Assembly (NCBI GenBank): GCA_913051785.1
Contig: CAJXCK010000001.1
Span: forward strand, 3,709-67,708
From: an uncultured Gammaproteobacteria bacterium
Lineage (GTDB): Bacteria > Pseudomonadota > Gammaproteobacteria > Pseudomonadales > Azotimanducaceae
Length of the DNA: 64,000 bases
Direction of reading: 5' to 3'
Shown: one piece after another, positions 50,844 through 60,683 of the stretch
Position numbering within the stretch: position 1 is the stretch's first letter
Layout of the letters: each line of letters opens with the position of its first letter
Translations under genes and position numbers: made by a program
Notes under the pieces: generated by a model
Told to the model about the DNA's origin: nothing
Database searches by the model: none
The model's input: only the letters and a program-made list of their open reading frames with translations

Positions 50844-52337
50844 GTGGTTAAGAATCAGATTAATATCTTAGACGATCGATCAATGGGCTGGTTGAGATAT
50901 TTATATCGAAAAGCGACCACCCCGGATAATTGGGATAGGGATGGTCAACCTCATCCACACTGGGATGAGCTAACTGGGGAGCCCATGCTATCTTGGCACC
51001 GGTTCGATCTTGTTGATTCCAGCTACGCGGTGGCGTTGATGAGCGATCAAACCCCAGCATGGAGAGAAGTACACAGTCGGATTCTAGATGAGTTGGTGAG
51101 CCGTCACACGGGATGGTGGTCGGCGTCTGATTGGCTGACTCAGTTTGGCGACGATCCAGATAGAGGTAATTACCCGGATCGATATAAGCGGTTGATCCCC
51201 GAAGGACTTTGGGGGGAATACAATGTACCCGGATGGACTGCGAACGGTATAGAACCCCACGGCGTTCAAATGGATCCAATCGCGGCCGATGGCAATCTCT
51301 TCTACAAAGGATTTTTTACATTATTGATCGGCCTTCACAGATACGTTTCAGGCGATGAAAAATGGAATAAGTCCTTCCACATGATTAGAGATGGAGATAA
51401 CTCATTCACTTGGTCTCATTCGAAGATCGCACAATTTCTGGCGGGTCAGTGGAACAATAGTCAAATGGGCTGTCATTGCGAGAATACTAAGGTTTGGCCT
51501 ACGTGACTCTCGGCAGCCGGCCTCGGTCTGAGGCTTTATGATCAGATTTTTGAAGAACGGACGCATGCAGCATTCGACAAGTGGTGGGAATATGCCAAAG
51601 AAAATTATGTAAAATGGGATGCGGGTCGCGCCACCAATGCGGATCTTTACTACGATCCTGTCGTAGACAGACACGTCGCCAGCCCAATTGGCTTGATCGC
51701 TCCAGCCTGGTATCTAGGCCCCCAAAGGCCAGAGATGGGGGAAGCTGCTTGGGAGATGCTCTTAGCAGGAACCAACGTGTTGTCCGGCGAACTGCCAGAG
51801 ATTTGGAAAGAACCAGGAAACTTGACCTTCTTGCTTCAACTCGCTGGAGAGCATGCTAACCCTGATATCAAATATAAGATTTGGGACGTTTGCGATGAAC
51901 TATTAGAACCAACCTGGGACTACGAGTTGGGGGAGTTTACGCTCGGTTTGGGTCTGAATGAACCGCACCCAAGAGGGCAATTGAATGCCCGCATCATGGC
52001 TGGTTGGGTCTGCAAGAGGGGCGCCTGGAGTAGTATATTTAGGCAACCCAATTTCGATAAGTTTTCCGAGCCAACAGTCGTCGGTGTTGATTTTCCATCA
52101 GTAGCGCTTCGTCAAGCCTATTGGGATGGTGAAAACTTACATTTGGCGGTTCAGCCGCAAAACAATGCCATCCATGGCAAGAGAACAAGTTTTCGAATCA
52201 CTAATCTAGATCATGGCAGAGACTGGGCTATAGAAGGTCTTGATGGCACCCTATCGACGATGAACTTTGAAGGCGAAGATTTGGTTGTCGAAATCGAGGC
52301 TAATGATCACCCAGTAGTCTTAAAACCTAATAAATAA
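50844..52337 (+). CDS. Linalool dehydratase/isomerase (Ldi)-family protein with an in-frame TGA at 51504-51506. It is a candidate selenoprotein; the alternative is a disrupted gene.
   Basis: Track ORFs 50844-51506 and 51693-52337 share a frame, and codons 51507-51692 contain no stop. The translation across the TGA reads ...MGCHCENTKVWPT-[TGA]-LSAAGLGLRLYDQIF... and resembles the Ldi segment around its two catalytic cysteines, as I recall it. The YKG block is also shared. The start is either GTG 50844 or ATG 50883. Confidence 0.65.
51507..51534 (+). promoter_or_regulatory. Candidate bacterial SECIS hairpin
   Basis: GCCTC (51520-51524) pairs with GAGGC (51530-51534), and the apical loop is GGTCT. 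Exactly 18 nt separate the TGA from the GGTC, which is the same spacing and loop sequence as the E. coli fdhF SECIS as I remember it (UGA+18 nt+GGUCUG). The stem is short (5 bp, plus one G-U). Confidence 0.5.
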
Positions 52338-52352
52338 AAAAGGAAACCGAAT

Positions 52353-52730
52353 ATGAATGTCGCGTATGTGTTCAAAACTGATATGTCTGCCACCTTTCAA
52401 CTGGCTACTATGATACTTCCGCAGTTGGAGTCCGGAACCCATGTTGCAAGTGTTTGTGGCATGTTTTTCTTTGATGACAATATTCACATCTTGTCGGAGG
52501 GAAACGAATTTGGCGCTCGATTGGGTAAACTCGCTGAGGAAAAGGGAATACTGCTTATGGCTTGTGATCAATGCGCGTTGCGAAGAGGGTATACTGAGGG
52601 CGATTTTTCTGAATGTGGATCGGGGACTCTGTCTCCCAAAGGACTTGTTGCGGGAGCAACAGTGGGTTGCTTTCCTCAACTTTACGGAGCGCTATCTGGA
52701 GCAAATCTGGATCAAGTGATCACCCTTTGA
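52353..52730 (+). CDS. DsrE/TusD-like sulfur-carrier family protein
   Basis: 125 aa. LLMACDQCALRRGY aligns with the Cys-containing ICVAAALRRG block of TusD. It has the C-terminal ...LYGALSGANLDQVITL tail. It starts 15 nt downstream of the Ldi-like gene and has its own RBS (AAGGAAA). Confidence 0.7.
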   Translation: MNVAYVFKTDMSATFQLATMILPQLESGTHVASVCGMFFFDDNIHILSEGNEFGARLGKLAEEKGILLMACDQCALRRGYTEGDFSECGSGTLSPKGLVAGATVGCFPQLYGALSGANLDQVITL

Positions 52731-52774
52731 CGAAGGTCCAAAGTGGAAGTTACTAGCAAGCGTGAGAGGATTGG

Positions 52775-53683
52775 ATGAGCTCAATCAAAGATATCTTATA
52801 CGTCAAATTCAGTGTCCCTGACTTAACTAAGCAAGATCAGTTTTTACAAGACTTTGGGTTTGAGACTCGATCCAGTGAGAACTTGCTAATGGCTCGAGGC
52901 ACCGATACGAGTCAGTATGTTTATCTCGCTGAGCTTGGTGAGCCTGCCTTTATCGGGATCGGTTTTGAGGCCTCTTCTCTCGCTGACTTGGAGGCTCTTG
53001 CCAAGAGGGAGAATGCGGCCCTAGAAGAAGTTCAGTTGCCAGGGGAGGGTTGCAAGATTGCTCTGGAAGATCCGGATGGCAATATCGTCGAGGTCGCATT
53101 TGGAATAGACCCTGCTGCTAAGCATGAAGTGGTCCCCCGCCCTGCTTTTAACGCTGGAACAAAAAGGCTCCGATTGGGGGAGCGAGTCAAACTGAGCCCA
53201 CCAAAAAATTTAGTCAAGCGCCTTGGTCACTGTGTCTTAAATGTGGTTGATTTCCGTGACAGTGAAAGATGGTACAAAGACCGTTTTGGGCTGATAACCA
53301 GTGATGAGATATATATCGAATCGGAGGAAAATGTCTTGGGCGCGTTTCTGCGTTGCGACAGGGGCAAAGACTATGTGGATCACCACACGCTTTTTCTAGT
53401 TGGTGCTGGTGAATCAGGTTTTAATCACGCCGCTTTCGAGTTAGAAGACTGGGATTCGCTGATGATTGGGCATGACCGTCTTAAGCAAGGCGAGTACGAA
53501 CATAGATGGGGTGTTGGCAAGCATATTCTTGGTAGTCAAGTTTTCGACTACTGGAGAGATCCTCATGGCTTTAGTCTTGAACATTTCACTGACGGCGATC
53601 TATTCAACGTTGATTCAGGCTCCCACGTCGCACCCCTTGATGATCTTCTCAACGTTTTATGGGGTCCCCAAGGCCATCCCTGA
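52775..53683 (+). CDS. Two-domain VOC superfamily protein (extradiol-dioxygenase-like)
   Basis: RLGHCVLNVVDFRDSERWY, HHTLFL, FNHAAFELED and ...DPHGFSLEHF fit the type-I extradiol dioxygenase pattern (His, His, Glu ligand positions). Confidence 0.78.
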   Translation: MSSIKDILYVKFSVPDLTKQDQFLQDFGFETRSSENLLMARGTDTSQYVYLAELGEPAFIGIGFEASSLADLEALAKRENAALEEVQLPGEGCKIALEDPDGNIVEVAFGIDPAAKHEVVPRPAFNAGTKRLRLGERVKLSPPKNLVKRLGHCVLNVVDFRDSERWYKDRFGLITSDEIYIESEENVLGAFLRCDRGKDYVDHHTLFLVGAGESGFNHAAFELEDWDSLMIGHDRLKQGEYEHRWGVGKHILGSQVFDYWRDPHGFSLEHFTDGDLFNVDSGSHVAPLDDLLNVLWGPQGHP

Positions 53684-53722
53684 TTTGAGGTTACTCCTGT
53701 GATTTAGCTTGGAATATATGGA

Positions 53723-54751
53723 CTAGGTGAGCAAATCCTCGCAGCCAGATCCATCAATGATTGCGTTAACCTGGCCCTGACCGTTGCTTCCTAACTTCCG
53801 ATATTCCTCTCGGATCCATTCAAGGCACTTGGCTTGATAAGGAAAGATCGGTTGTTTCCATGGCTTTCCGTCTATCTCAAGTGACATTTCTTCATCACCC
53901 GCCTCAATGGCTTTCGCATTGGCGAGCAAGGCTGGGACGTACACTTTCCCGATCTCATCGAGCAGCTCTTTCAGAGATTGCTTCAGATCTTCTTCGGACA
54001 GCCAACCATCTTCCAAACCGGGGTTACCACTTAGGTCATCCACAAGATCGGTCCATGCAAGCACCCGCGGCGCTTGCTCTAAGCATATCTTGGCAGGCGT
54101 CGGGTCGAACTTCGCAAGCTGGGTTAGTTGCGCGTAGATCGCAAAGTCCGCTGAAGATGGGCGAGATCCCAAGACAAAGAGTTGCTTTTCGATGAGCCTA
54201 TCCATAATAGAAAGAAATCTTACATAACTTGCTTCTATAACCGGTGCTGTTAGATCGTTTGATCCGACAACGTAGAGTCTTGAGATCTGCCGATTTGCTA
54301 CGTAATTTTTCATGTCTTTTAGTTGATCTGAAGACGCCTGTATTCCTGTCCACATAGGAAGGATCGTTCCCGCCATATCAATATCGTCTTCGTAGTACCA
54401 ACGGTAGTGAAACATCGACTTAGTCAGCCACTCATCGGCAAAGTCCTCAATCAGGTAGTTTAGAAAAGCAAGAACCGGATGAGAAGGCAGTGCCTCTTTG
54501 CCGGAAAATTCTTGTTCCAGCCGCCGTATTAGAGGAGTCGAGTCCACAACCGCCTCGATTTGGCCGTCATCACTTGGAAGATAGAATGTCGGGAGTAGCC
54601 CCACCTTGGCATCGGGCATACCTAAAGATTTTGCATGGTCGCCGATAAGTAGCTCGTAACGTATACCGCGATAACGCAAATATGCGAGCATTTTTCTAGT
54701 ATAGGGAGAGCCAGGCGCTCCTTTAAATTTAATCGGCTCTTGAGTAGTCAT
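53723..54751 (-). CDS. Glutathione S-transferase-like protein (thioredoxin-fold N-domain plus helical C-domain)
   Basis: From Met64 of the track ORF: KFKGAPGSPYTRKMLAYLRYRGIRYELL (GST_N-like). The C-terminal domain carries SADFAIYAQL. The upstream 63 codons of the ORF have no support. Confidence 0.65.
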   Translation of the reverse strand: MTTQEPIKFKGAPGSPYTRKMLAYLRYRGIRYELLIGDHAKSLGMPDAKVGLLPTFYLPSDDGQIEAVVDSTPLIRRLEQEFSGKEALPSHPVLAFLNYLIEDFADEWLTKSMFHYRWYYEDDIDMAGTILPMWTGIQASSDQLKDMKNYVANRQISRLYVVGSNDLTAPVIEASYVRFLSIMDRLIEKQLFVLGSRPSSADFAIYAQLTQLAKFDPTPAKICLEQAPRVLAWTDLVDDLSGNPGLEDGWLSEEDLKQSLKELLDEIGKVYVPALLANAKAIEAGDEEMSLEIDGKPWKQPIFPYQAKCLEWIREEYRKLGSNGQGQVNAIIDGSGCEDLLT

Positions 54752-55021
54752 AGTCTTACATCCTGGGAATCGAATAAAAACGAGGTGTTCGAAAAGTATA
54801 TCGTTGACCCTGATGGAGGGATATTGTTTAAAAATTAAAGTTTTGGCAGTTTCCGACGATGTATAAATAGCCTCGGGGATGCTCATTGCTCGCTCTTCCT
54901 TCCCCAATACTGCGACTTCTGTCCCCGAGGCCCCTCCCAAGATCGGTTTACTGGTTTAAAAACAGCGTTCTATGTTTTATCTTTTGTCTGTGAGGACGAA
55001 AAGAGTACTTTGGGGGAAATT

Positions 55022-56914
55022 ATGGCCGAGGCGACAGACACTTTTACCAACTTAGGATTTGATCCAGATGCTTTGAGGAATAAGTATCTAGAAGAAAGAG
55101 ATAAGCGACTTAGGCAAGACGGGAACGACCAATATATTGAAGTGAAGGGAGACTTTTCTCACTATGTTGATGACCCCTATGTAGAGCCAGGTTTCTCAAG
55201 AGAATCTATAGAAGCAGAGATTGAAGTGGTCATCATTGGTGGTGGCTTTGGAGGCATGCTTGCAGCGGCTAGGCTTAGAGATATAGGAATTGATGATTTT
55301 AGGATTATTGAAAAGGGAGGGGATTTCGGTGGGACTTGGTACTGGAATCGCTACCCAGGAGCGTCTTGTGATATCGAGTCTTACGTTTACTTTCCTCTTC
55401 TAGAGAAAACAGATTTTGTGCCGAAACAGAAATATACCAATGCGCCAGAGACGCTGGAATATTGCGGCGTAATTGCACAAAAGTATTCACTTCATGAAAA
55501 CGCACTCCTTCAGACGGAAGTAGTCGCAACCGAATGGGATGAAGATTTAGGTAGATGGAAAGTGTCAACGAATCGATCAGACAAGATATTTGCAAAATTT
55601 ATCGTTCATTCGAATGGTCCCTTAAATCGACCCAAGTTGCCTGCGATAAGGGGTATCAATGAATATACGGGCCATACTTTTCATACTAGTCGTTGGGATT
55701 ATGCATACACGGGTGGCGACTCTCATGGCAATCTGACAGGTCTAACAGACAAGAAAGTCGCGATTATCGGAACGGGTGCGACCGCGGTTCAATGTGTCCC
55801 CCACCTGGGTGCTGCCGCTAAAGAACTTTATGTCTTCCAAAGAACACCCTCTTCCATCGACGTGCGAAATAATCAACCCACTGATCCTAATTGGATGGCA
55901 AGTCAGGCGAGCGGTTGGCAGAGTGAGCGAAGAAAGAATTTTGAGTCGCTCATGGTTGGGGCTCCAGTGAAAGAGGATCTTGTAAACGATGGCTGGACGG
56001 AAGCCTTCAGGACGCTTTTTAGTGGGGTTCGTGATCTTGCGCCAGCGAAATGGCGCATTGGTTTCTGGGCTCTTTTTGCACCGTTGAACAGGGATTTTTA
56101 CAAGTTAGGGCTCAAGCAGTATGTAACTAAGAAAGTGACCGACTACATGGATCTTTCCCGCCAAATCGAAATTGCTGACTTCAAAAAAATGGAGGGGATA
56201 CGCGCCAGAGCTGATGAAGTCGTCAAGGATAAAGTTACGGCTGAAGCATTAAAACCCTACTATAGGCAGTTCTGTAAGCGGCCTTGCTTTCACGATGAAT
56301 ACCTTAATACCTTTAATAGATCGAACGTTACATTGGTACATACCGATGGGAGAGGTATCGATGAGATCACTGAGAACGGCGTAATTTTTAAAGGGACTGA
56401 GTACGAGGTTGATTGCATCATATTTGCCACTGGTTTTGAGGTGGGAACGGACTATTCGAGGAGAGCTGGCTATCAGATTCGTGGCGTTGGTGGAACATCG
56501 ATTTCAGAAAAGTGGGCAGATGGTCTATCTACCTTTCATGGGATGCACTCCCGAGGATTTCCAAATGCCTTCTTTTTTGGCCCCGCTCAATCGGGTTTTA
56601 CCGCGACTTATACCTATTCACTTGATGAACAGAGTGTTCATCTTGCCCACATTCTAGGCAAGGCAAGAGAAAAAGGAGCGAATCGCATCGAAGCGAGCCA
56701 ACGTGCGGAGACAGAGTGGGTGAAAACGATTATTGAAAAAGCCCGTCTAACGGCTGACTTCCAAGAGAAATGCACGCCGGGCTATTACAACAATGAAGGC
56801 AACGTTAATACAAAACCGCAAAATAATACGTACGGCGGAGGCCCAATAGAGTTCTTTGCTCTGATGGAGAAGTGGCGGGAAGAGGGTAACTTAGACGGAT
56901 TGGAGCTTATCTAA
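55022..56914 (+). CDS. Type I Baeyer-Villiger (flavin-containing) monooxygenase
   Basis: FAD fold IIGGGFGGM, FGGTWYWNRYPGASCD, the BVMO fingerprint YTGHTFHTSRWD, and a second Rossmann fold IIGTGATAVQ. The start is probably ATG 55022 (the track uses TTG 55010). Confidence 0.9.
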   Translation: MAEATDTFTNLGFDPDALRNKYLEERDKRLRQDGNDQYIEVKGDFSHYVDDPYVEPGFSRESIEAEIEVVIIGGGFGGMLAAARLRDIGIDDFRIIEKGGDFGGTWYWNRYPGASCDIESYVYFPLLEKTDFVPKQKYTNAPETLEYCGVIAQKYSLHENALLQTEVVATEWDEDLGRWKVSTNRSDKIFAKFIVHSNGPLNRPKLPAIRGINEYTGHTFHTSRWDYAYTGGDSHGNLTGLTDKKVAIIGTGATAVQCVPHLGAAAKELYVFQRTPSSIDVRNNQPTDPNWMASQASGWQSERRKNFESLMVGAPVKEDLVNDGWTEAFRTLFSGVRDLAPAKWRIGFWALFAPLNRDFYKLGLKQYVTKKVTDYMDLSRQIEIADFKKMEGIRARADEVVKDKVTAEALKPYYRQFCKRPCFHDEYLNTFNRSNVTLVHTDGRGIDEITENGVIFKGTEYEVDCIIFATGFEVGTDYSRRAGYQIRGVGGTSISEKWADGLSTFHGMHSRGFPNAFFFGPAQSGFTATYTYSLDEQSVHLAHILGKAREKGANRIEASQRAETEWVKTIIEKARLTADFQEKCTPGYYNNEGNVNTKPQNNTYGGGPIEFFALMEKWREEGNLDGLELI

Positions 56915-56915
56915 A

Positions 56916-57737
56916 TCAGGCCCTAGCGGTAACAATCCAGACTGCTCCTTCCATGTAAACGCCTTTCTCAGTTTGATAGGGCGTCAGAGAATCGCCCATA
57001 GCGTCCATGGCCTCTTTTCTAAGGGCAGGGTCATCTACCTCGGCTAGGATCCGTGCTCCAGGACCAATCTTGGTTTGAAAAAAAACAGCCTCTTCGATGG
57101 AATCCGCCACGTGCAATTGGCTTTTGAAGTCGGCCATGATCGGATCTTTAAAGCCTGTTTTAATAAGAATATCCTTCAGGTAAATTGGGTCCGCGAACGC
57201 AAATGGTCCTGGTGCCTTGGGATCAGGCTGAGTTTCGTTCTCAGGAAGAAATGATCGAACGACTTGTCCCGGAATTGCCATCCATGGATTATTCTTCGGA
57301 GACTGCCAACATACAAAAGCCAGTCTTCCATCGCCAGCTGAAAGCGAATGTAAGTTCGCAAACGCTTTGTAAGGGTCTGCGAAAAACATGACGCCGAAAC
57401 GAGAGAATACCAAATCAAATTTTTTGGAAGATTGATAGGTAGACGCATCAGCCTCAATAAAACTAACATTTTTCGATCGTTCCCTGGCGAGGTTCAGCAT
57501 CGGTATTGATACGTCAACACCGGTCACCTCTGCACCCAACTCCGAGATGGCTAGACTAGTGGCACCGCAGCCACAGCCGACGTCTATGACCGATTCGCTG
57601 GGGTTGATCTTAGCTACTGCAATTGCCTCTTGCGAAAATGGGTTGAGTAGTTGATCGGTTCTCTCTTGTAACTCAGTCCAGGTTTTCCCAGCCTTGTTAT
57701 TCCAGTAGTCGATTTGTTCTTGGTTCTCTGTTGACAT
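56916..57737 (-). CDS. Class I SAM-dependent methyltransferase
   Basis: Motif I VIDVGCGCGATS plus a post-I acidic residue. 273 aa. Confidence 0.8.
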   Translation of the reverse strand: MSTENQEQIDYWNNKAGKTWTELQERTDQLLNPFSQEAIAVAKINPSESVIDVGCGCGATSLAISELGAEVTGVDVSIPMLNLARERSKNVSFIEADASTYQSSKKFDLVFSRFGVMFFADPYKAFANLHSLSAGDGRLAFVCWQSPKNNPWMAIPGQVVRSFLPENETQPDPKAPGPFAFADPIYLKDILIKTGFKDPIMADFKSQLHVADSIEEAVFFQTKIGPGARILAEVDDPALRKEAMDAMGDSLTPYQTEKGVYMEGAVWIVTARA

Positions 57738-57748
57738 TTATCCCCCAT

Positions 57749-57775
57749 AAAAAAAGCCCCAATAGGGGCTTTTTT
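57749..57775. terminator. Bidirectional-type intrinsic terminator
   Basis: AAAAAA-AGCCCC-AATA-GGGGCT-TTTTT is a perfect 6-bp GC-rich stem flanked by an A-run and a T-run. It lies just downstream of the D-aminoacylase stop (57799) on the minus strand. Confidence 0.8.
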
Positions 57776-57798
57776 CTCTGCTCTTACTTAAAAAAGCA

Positions 57799-59499
57799 TT
57801 ATCCTCTAATGAAATCTCGGATAACGCTTCCTGGCCGGTTGCCGGTATATTCACCATTCCTGGTGACCACCTGACCTGAAACGATTGTTGCTTCGTAACC
57901 AATACCCTTAACAACAAATCGTCCTCCATTGTGAGGGAAATCGTTTACGTATTGAGCATGAGTCGTGCTGAGGTTTTCATAATCAATTACGTTGATATCT
58001 GCGTGCCAACCTTCTCGGAGCTCGCCTCTCTCTTTGAGTCCAATAATCTGAGCCGACTTTCCAGAGATTCGATGGACCGCATCCGGCAAGGTATAGACGC
58101 CATGCTTTCTAGTGAGTTCACTCAAAAGAACAGTTGGAGAGTCCGTATCAGTGAAAAAGCCGACATGGGCCCCTGCATCCCCGAGCATTGGCACTACGTC
58201 TGGAAGATTCATATACTTCCATTGATTTTCCAACGCCCCACCGAACATCCAAAAGTTGAATAGCTCTTTTCCTTCGGAGGCTAAGAGTCTATCAACGTAA
58301 ACCTCAACGGGATCTTTCCCTTCAGCCTCAGCAAGCTGGGCCAAACTAGCTTTCCTATCGAAGTCTAGATCGGGTGTGTCTGTGACTCCAAATGGATGCA
58401 GCATATGAGCGAAGTTCTGCATGTCGCCAGCAGCTATTCCATCTGAAATAAGCTTTGCTCGCTTATTTGGATCCCTAAGCGCTTCAACTCGATCTTCCAG
58501 GGTTGGCAGATCCATTAGCTCTTTCCATGATTCGCAAGTTCTGACAAAAGGAGATAGTTGAGCTAGGCCAAAGAAAGCTCCGCTCGGACGAGTATGGCAT
58601 ATGCTTGCCAAGCGTCTGCCACCCTCATTTTGCTCTCCCATGAAATCTCTCCAACGAGATACGCCACCATCGCCTTGGGGGCCAGCACCACCTGAAAAAA
58701 GCACCTGGCAACCTACTTCGGTACCATCTCTAAACATTTGGAGCTCTGTTTCAAAGCGTGTAGCCATATCGTTGGCAGATTGGTATAGACCACCGGTGCC
58801 ACCCGCCTCAACAACAGCCTCTTGCATTGCTTTGGTTTCGCGCAGGTCTGCCCACGTTCCTGGAGTACAACGGCCGTCTGGTACCAAGTGTTGAAGAAAT
58901 CGTGAGGTCGAGAACCCGACTGCGCCTTCTTCTACTGCTTGCTTCACCATTTGAACCATGTGCTCAAGCTCCTGGTCGTTGGCTTGCTGTCCCTCGTCCA
59001 TGCTTTTGTCACCCATGGCCTCAAATCTCACGGCAGAGTGTCCTACCAATCCGACGACGTTGAGTGCAGGGTTGAGTCTTTCAATCGAATCTAAATATTC
59101 CCCATAACTGTTCCAATCCCATGGTAGGCCGTCGAGGATCGCGTCAGCTGAGATATCTTCGACAGATTCCATTAGCTTTGCGAGGTACTCGCGGTTTTCC
59201 GTGCTACATGGTGCGAAGGATACCCCGCAGTTTCCGATCATGGCGGTTGTGACACCGTGAAATGAACTTGAGCTCATTAATGGGTCCCATCCGATTTGTG
59301 CGTCCAGGTGAGTGTGAAGATCAATAAAGCCAGGTGTTACAATCTTGCCTGACGCATCTATAGTCTCCGAGGCACTGTCCTGGCTTAAGTCACCAATCCT
59401 CTCGATTTTACCGTTCTTTACTGCTAAGTCGGCTTTGACGGCATCCGCTCCTGTTCCGTCAATCAGTGTTCCGCCTGAGATAATGAGATCGTATTCCAT
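57799..59499 (-). CDS. N-acyl-D-amino-acid deacylase (D-aminoacylase) family amidohydrolase
   Basis: YDLIISGGTLIDGTG...GKIVTPGFIDLHTHLD metal-binding start and a conserved C-terminal beta-domain. 566 aa. Confidence 0.85.
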   Translation of the reverse strand: MEYDLIISGGTLIDGTGADAVKADLAVKNGKIERIGDLSQDSASETIDASGKIVTPGFIDLHTHLDAQIGWDPLMSSSSFHGVTTAMIGNCGVSFAPCSTENREYLAKLMESVEDISADAILDGLPWDWNSYGEYLDSIERLNPALNVVGLVGHSAVRFEAMGDKSMDEGQQANDQELEHMVQMVKQAVEEGAVGFSTSRFLQHLVPDGRCTPGTWADLRETKAMQEAVVEAGGTGGLYQSANDMATRFETELQMFRDGTEVGCQVLFSGGAGPQGDGGVSRWRDFMGEQNEGGRRLASICHTRPSGAFFGLAQLSPFVRTCESWKELMDLPTLEDRVEALRDPNKRAKLISDGIAAGDMQNFAHMLHPFGVTDTPDLDFDRKASLAQLAEAEGKDPVEVYVDRLLASEGKELFNFWMFGGALENQWKYMNLPDVVPMLGDAGAHVGFFTDTDSPTVLLSELTRKHGVYTLPDAVHRISGKSAQIIGLKERGELREGWHADINVIDYENLSTTHAQYVNDFPHNGGRFVVKGIGYEATIVSGQVVTRNGEYTGNRPGSVIRDFIRG

Positions 59500-59753
59500 A
59501 ATGCCCTCGTCCTAGCCACGATTTAAGGTGATCGCGACGTATTTAAAAAGTTACCACTAGGCGTTTCGCCCTACGACGAAGTAGTTTGTCGCTGAAGAAA
59601 GGCCCCTCAATCAGTATCTTACACAGAAATAGCGGCGCGTTTCCAGCCCTTTGGGGCCATTGATTCTTCCGGATAATGGTCTCTTGTTATTTTGGGTAAT
59701 GCGTTAAGCTCAGCGACACGGATCAAGGCGAAAATTTGCTCTGAAAAGGGGGT

Positions 59754-60683
59754 ATGGTGTTAGCGAATCCAAACTTGGCACGCATAATATCTTTTGCAGC
59801 TTTGCTATTTGGTTGTTTATACCTGAACCCTGCCTTCGCTCTCTTGGGCGCTATGATGGTCAGGCTCTTATCGACTGATAATCCATTTCCAGTCTTTTCC
59901 AGATACGGAAAGAAGAGTCTCCAGGCAGCCATCATTATCCTCGGCTTCACGATCGGCTTTCAAACTCTTTTGTCTTCAGCAAATCAATATGCTTTAGCGA
60001 CGATTATCTATATTTGTTTTTTACTAAGTGTTGGCTCGTTACTGTGGTGGATTTTCCGTTTAGATAAAAAAGAGGCCACGCTGATTACTGGTGGCACTGC
60101 CATATGTGGTGGAACAGCGATCGCGACTTTGTCTCCAATTATCGACGCGAAACCTCGTCAGATAGGAGCAGCAATGGCGCTTGTTTTTGTGCTCAATGCA
60201 GTGGCATTGATTTTCTTCCCATATATTGGGGGTTTTTTGAATCTCTCTCAGGAAGAATTCGGCGCCTGGGTGGCCTTAGCGATACATGACACTAGTTCTG
60301 TAGTCGCAACGGCCGCTATTTATGGAGAAGAATCCGCAGCAGTTGCAACAACTGTGAAGCTGGGGAGAACTCTTTTTTTGGTTCCTCTTGCCTTCGGTGT
60401 TGCAGTAATTTTTAGATCGAAAAAAGCAAAATTTGAGATACCCTGGTTCGTTCTAGGTTTCATACTCGCGGCTATGGCCGGAACTTTAGTATCTATACCA
60501 GCTGATCTTCAAGCGGCCCTAGTCTTTATTAGCAAATTGTTATTGGTCTTCGCCCTCTGGGTAATCGGTTGTGAGATAGATCGCGATACCCTCAGAAGCA
60601 CTTCACCCAGCGTGGTTTATTTCGGCCTTGGATTATGGGCAATAGCCGCCTCTTCGGCACTTTTCTTGATCAGGTTGTTTTAA
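59754..60683 (+). CDS. YeiH/UPF0324 family putative sulfate-exporter-type membrane protein
   Basis: Polytopic membrane protein carrying the family block TGGTAICGGTAIA. Confidence 0.75.
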   Translation: MVLANPNLARIISFAALLFGCLYLNPAFALLGAMMVRLLSTDNPFPVFSRYGKKSLQAAIIILGFTIGFQTLLSSANQYALATIIYICFLLSVGSLLWWIFRLDKKEATLITGGTAICGGTAIATLSPIIDAKPRQIGAAMALVFVLNAVALIFFPYIGGFLNLSQEEFGAWVALAIHDTSSVVATAAIYGEESAAVATTVKLGRTLFLVPLAFGVAVIFRSKKAKFEIPWFVLGFILAAMAGTLVSIPADLQAALVFISKLLLVFALWVIGCEIDRDTLRSTSPSVVYFGLGLWAIAASSALFLIRLF

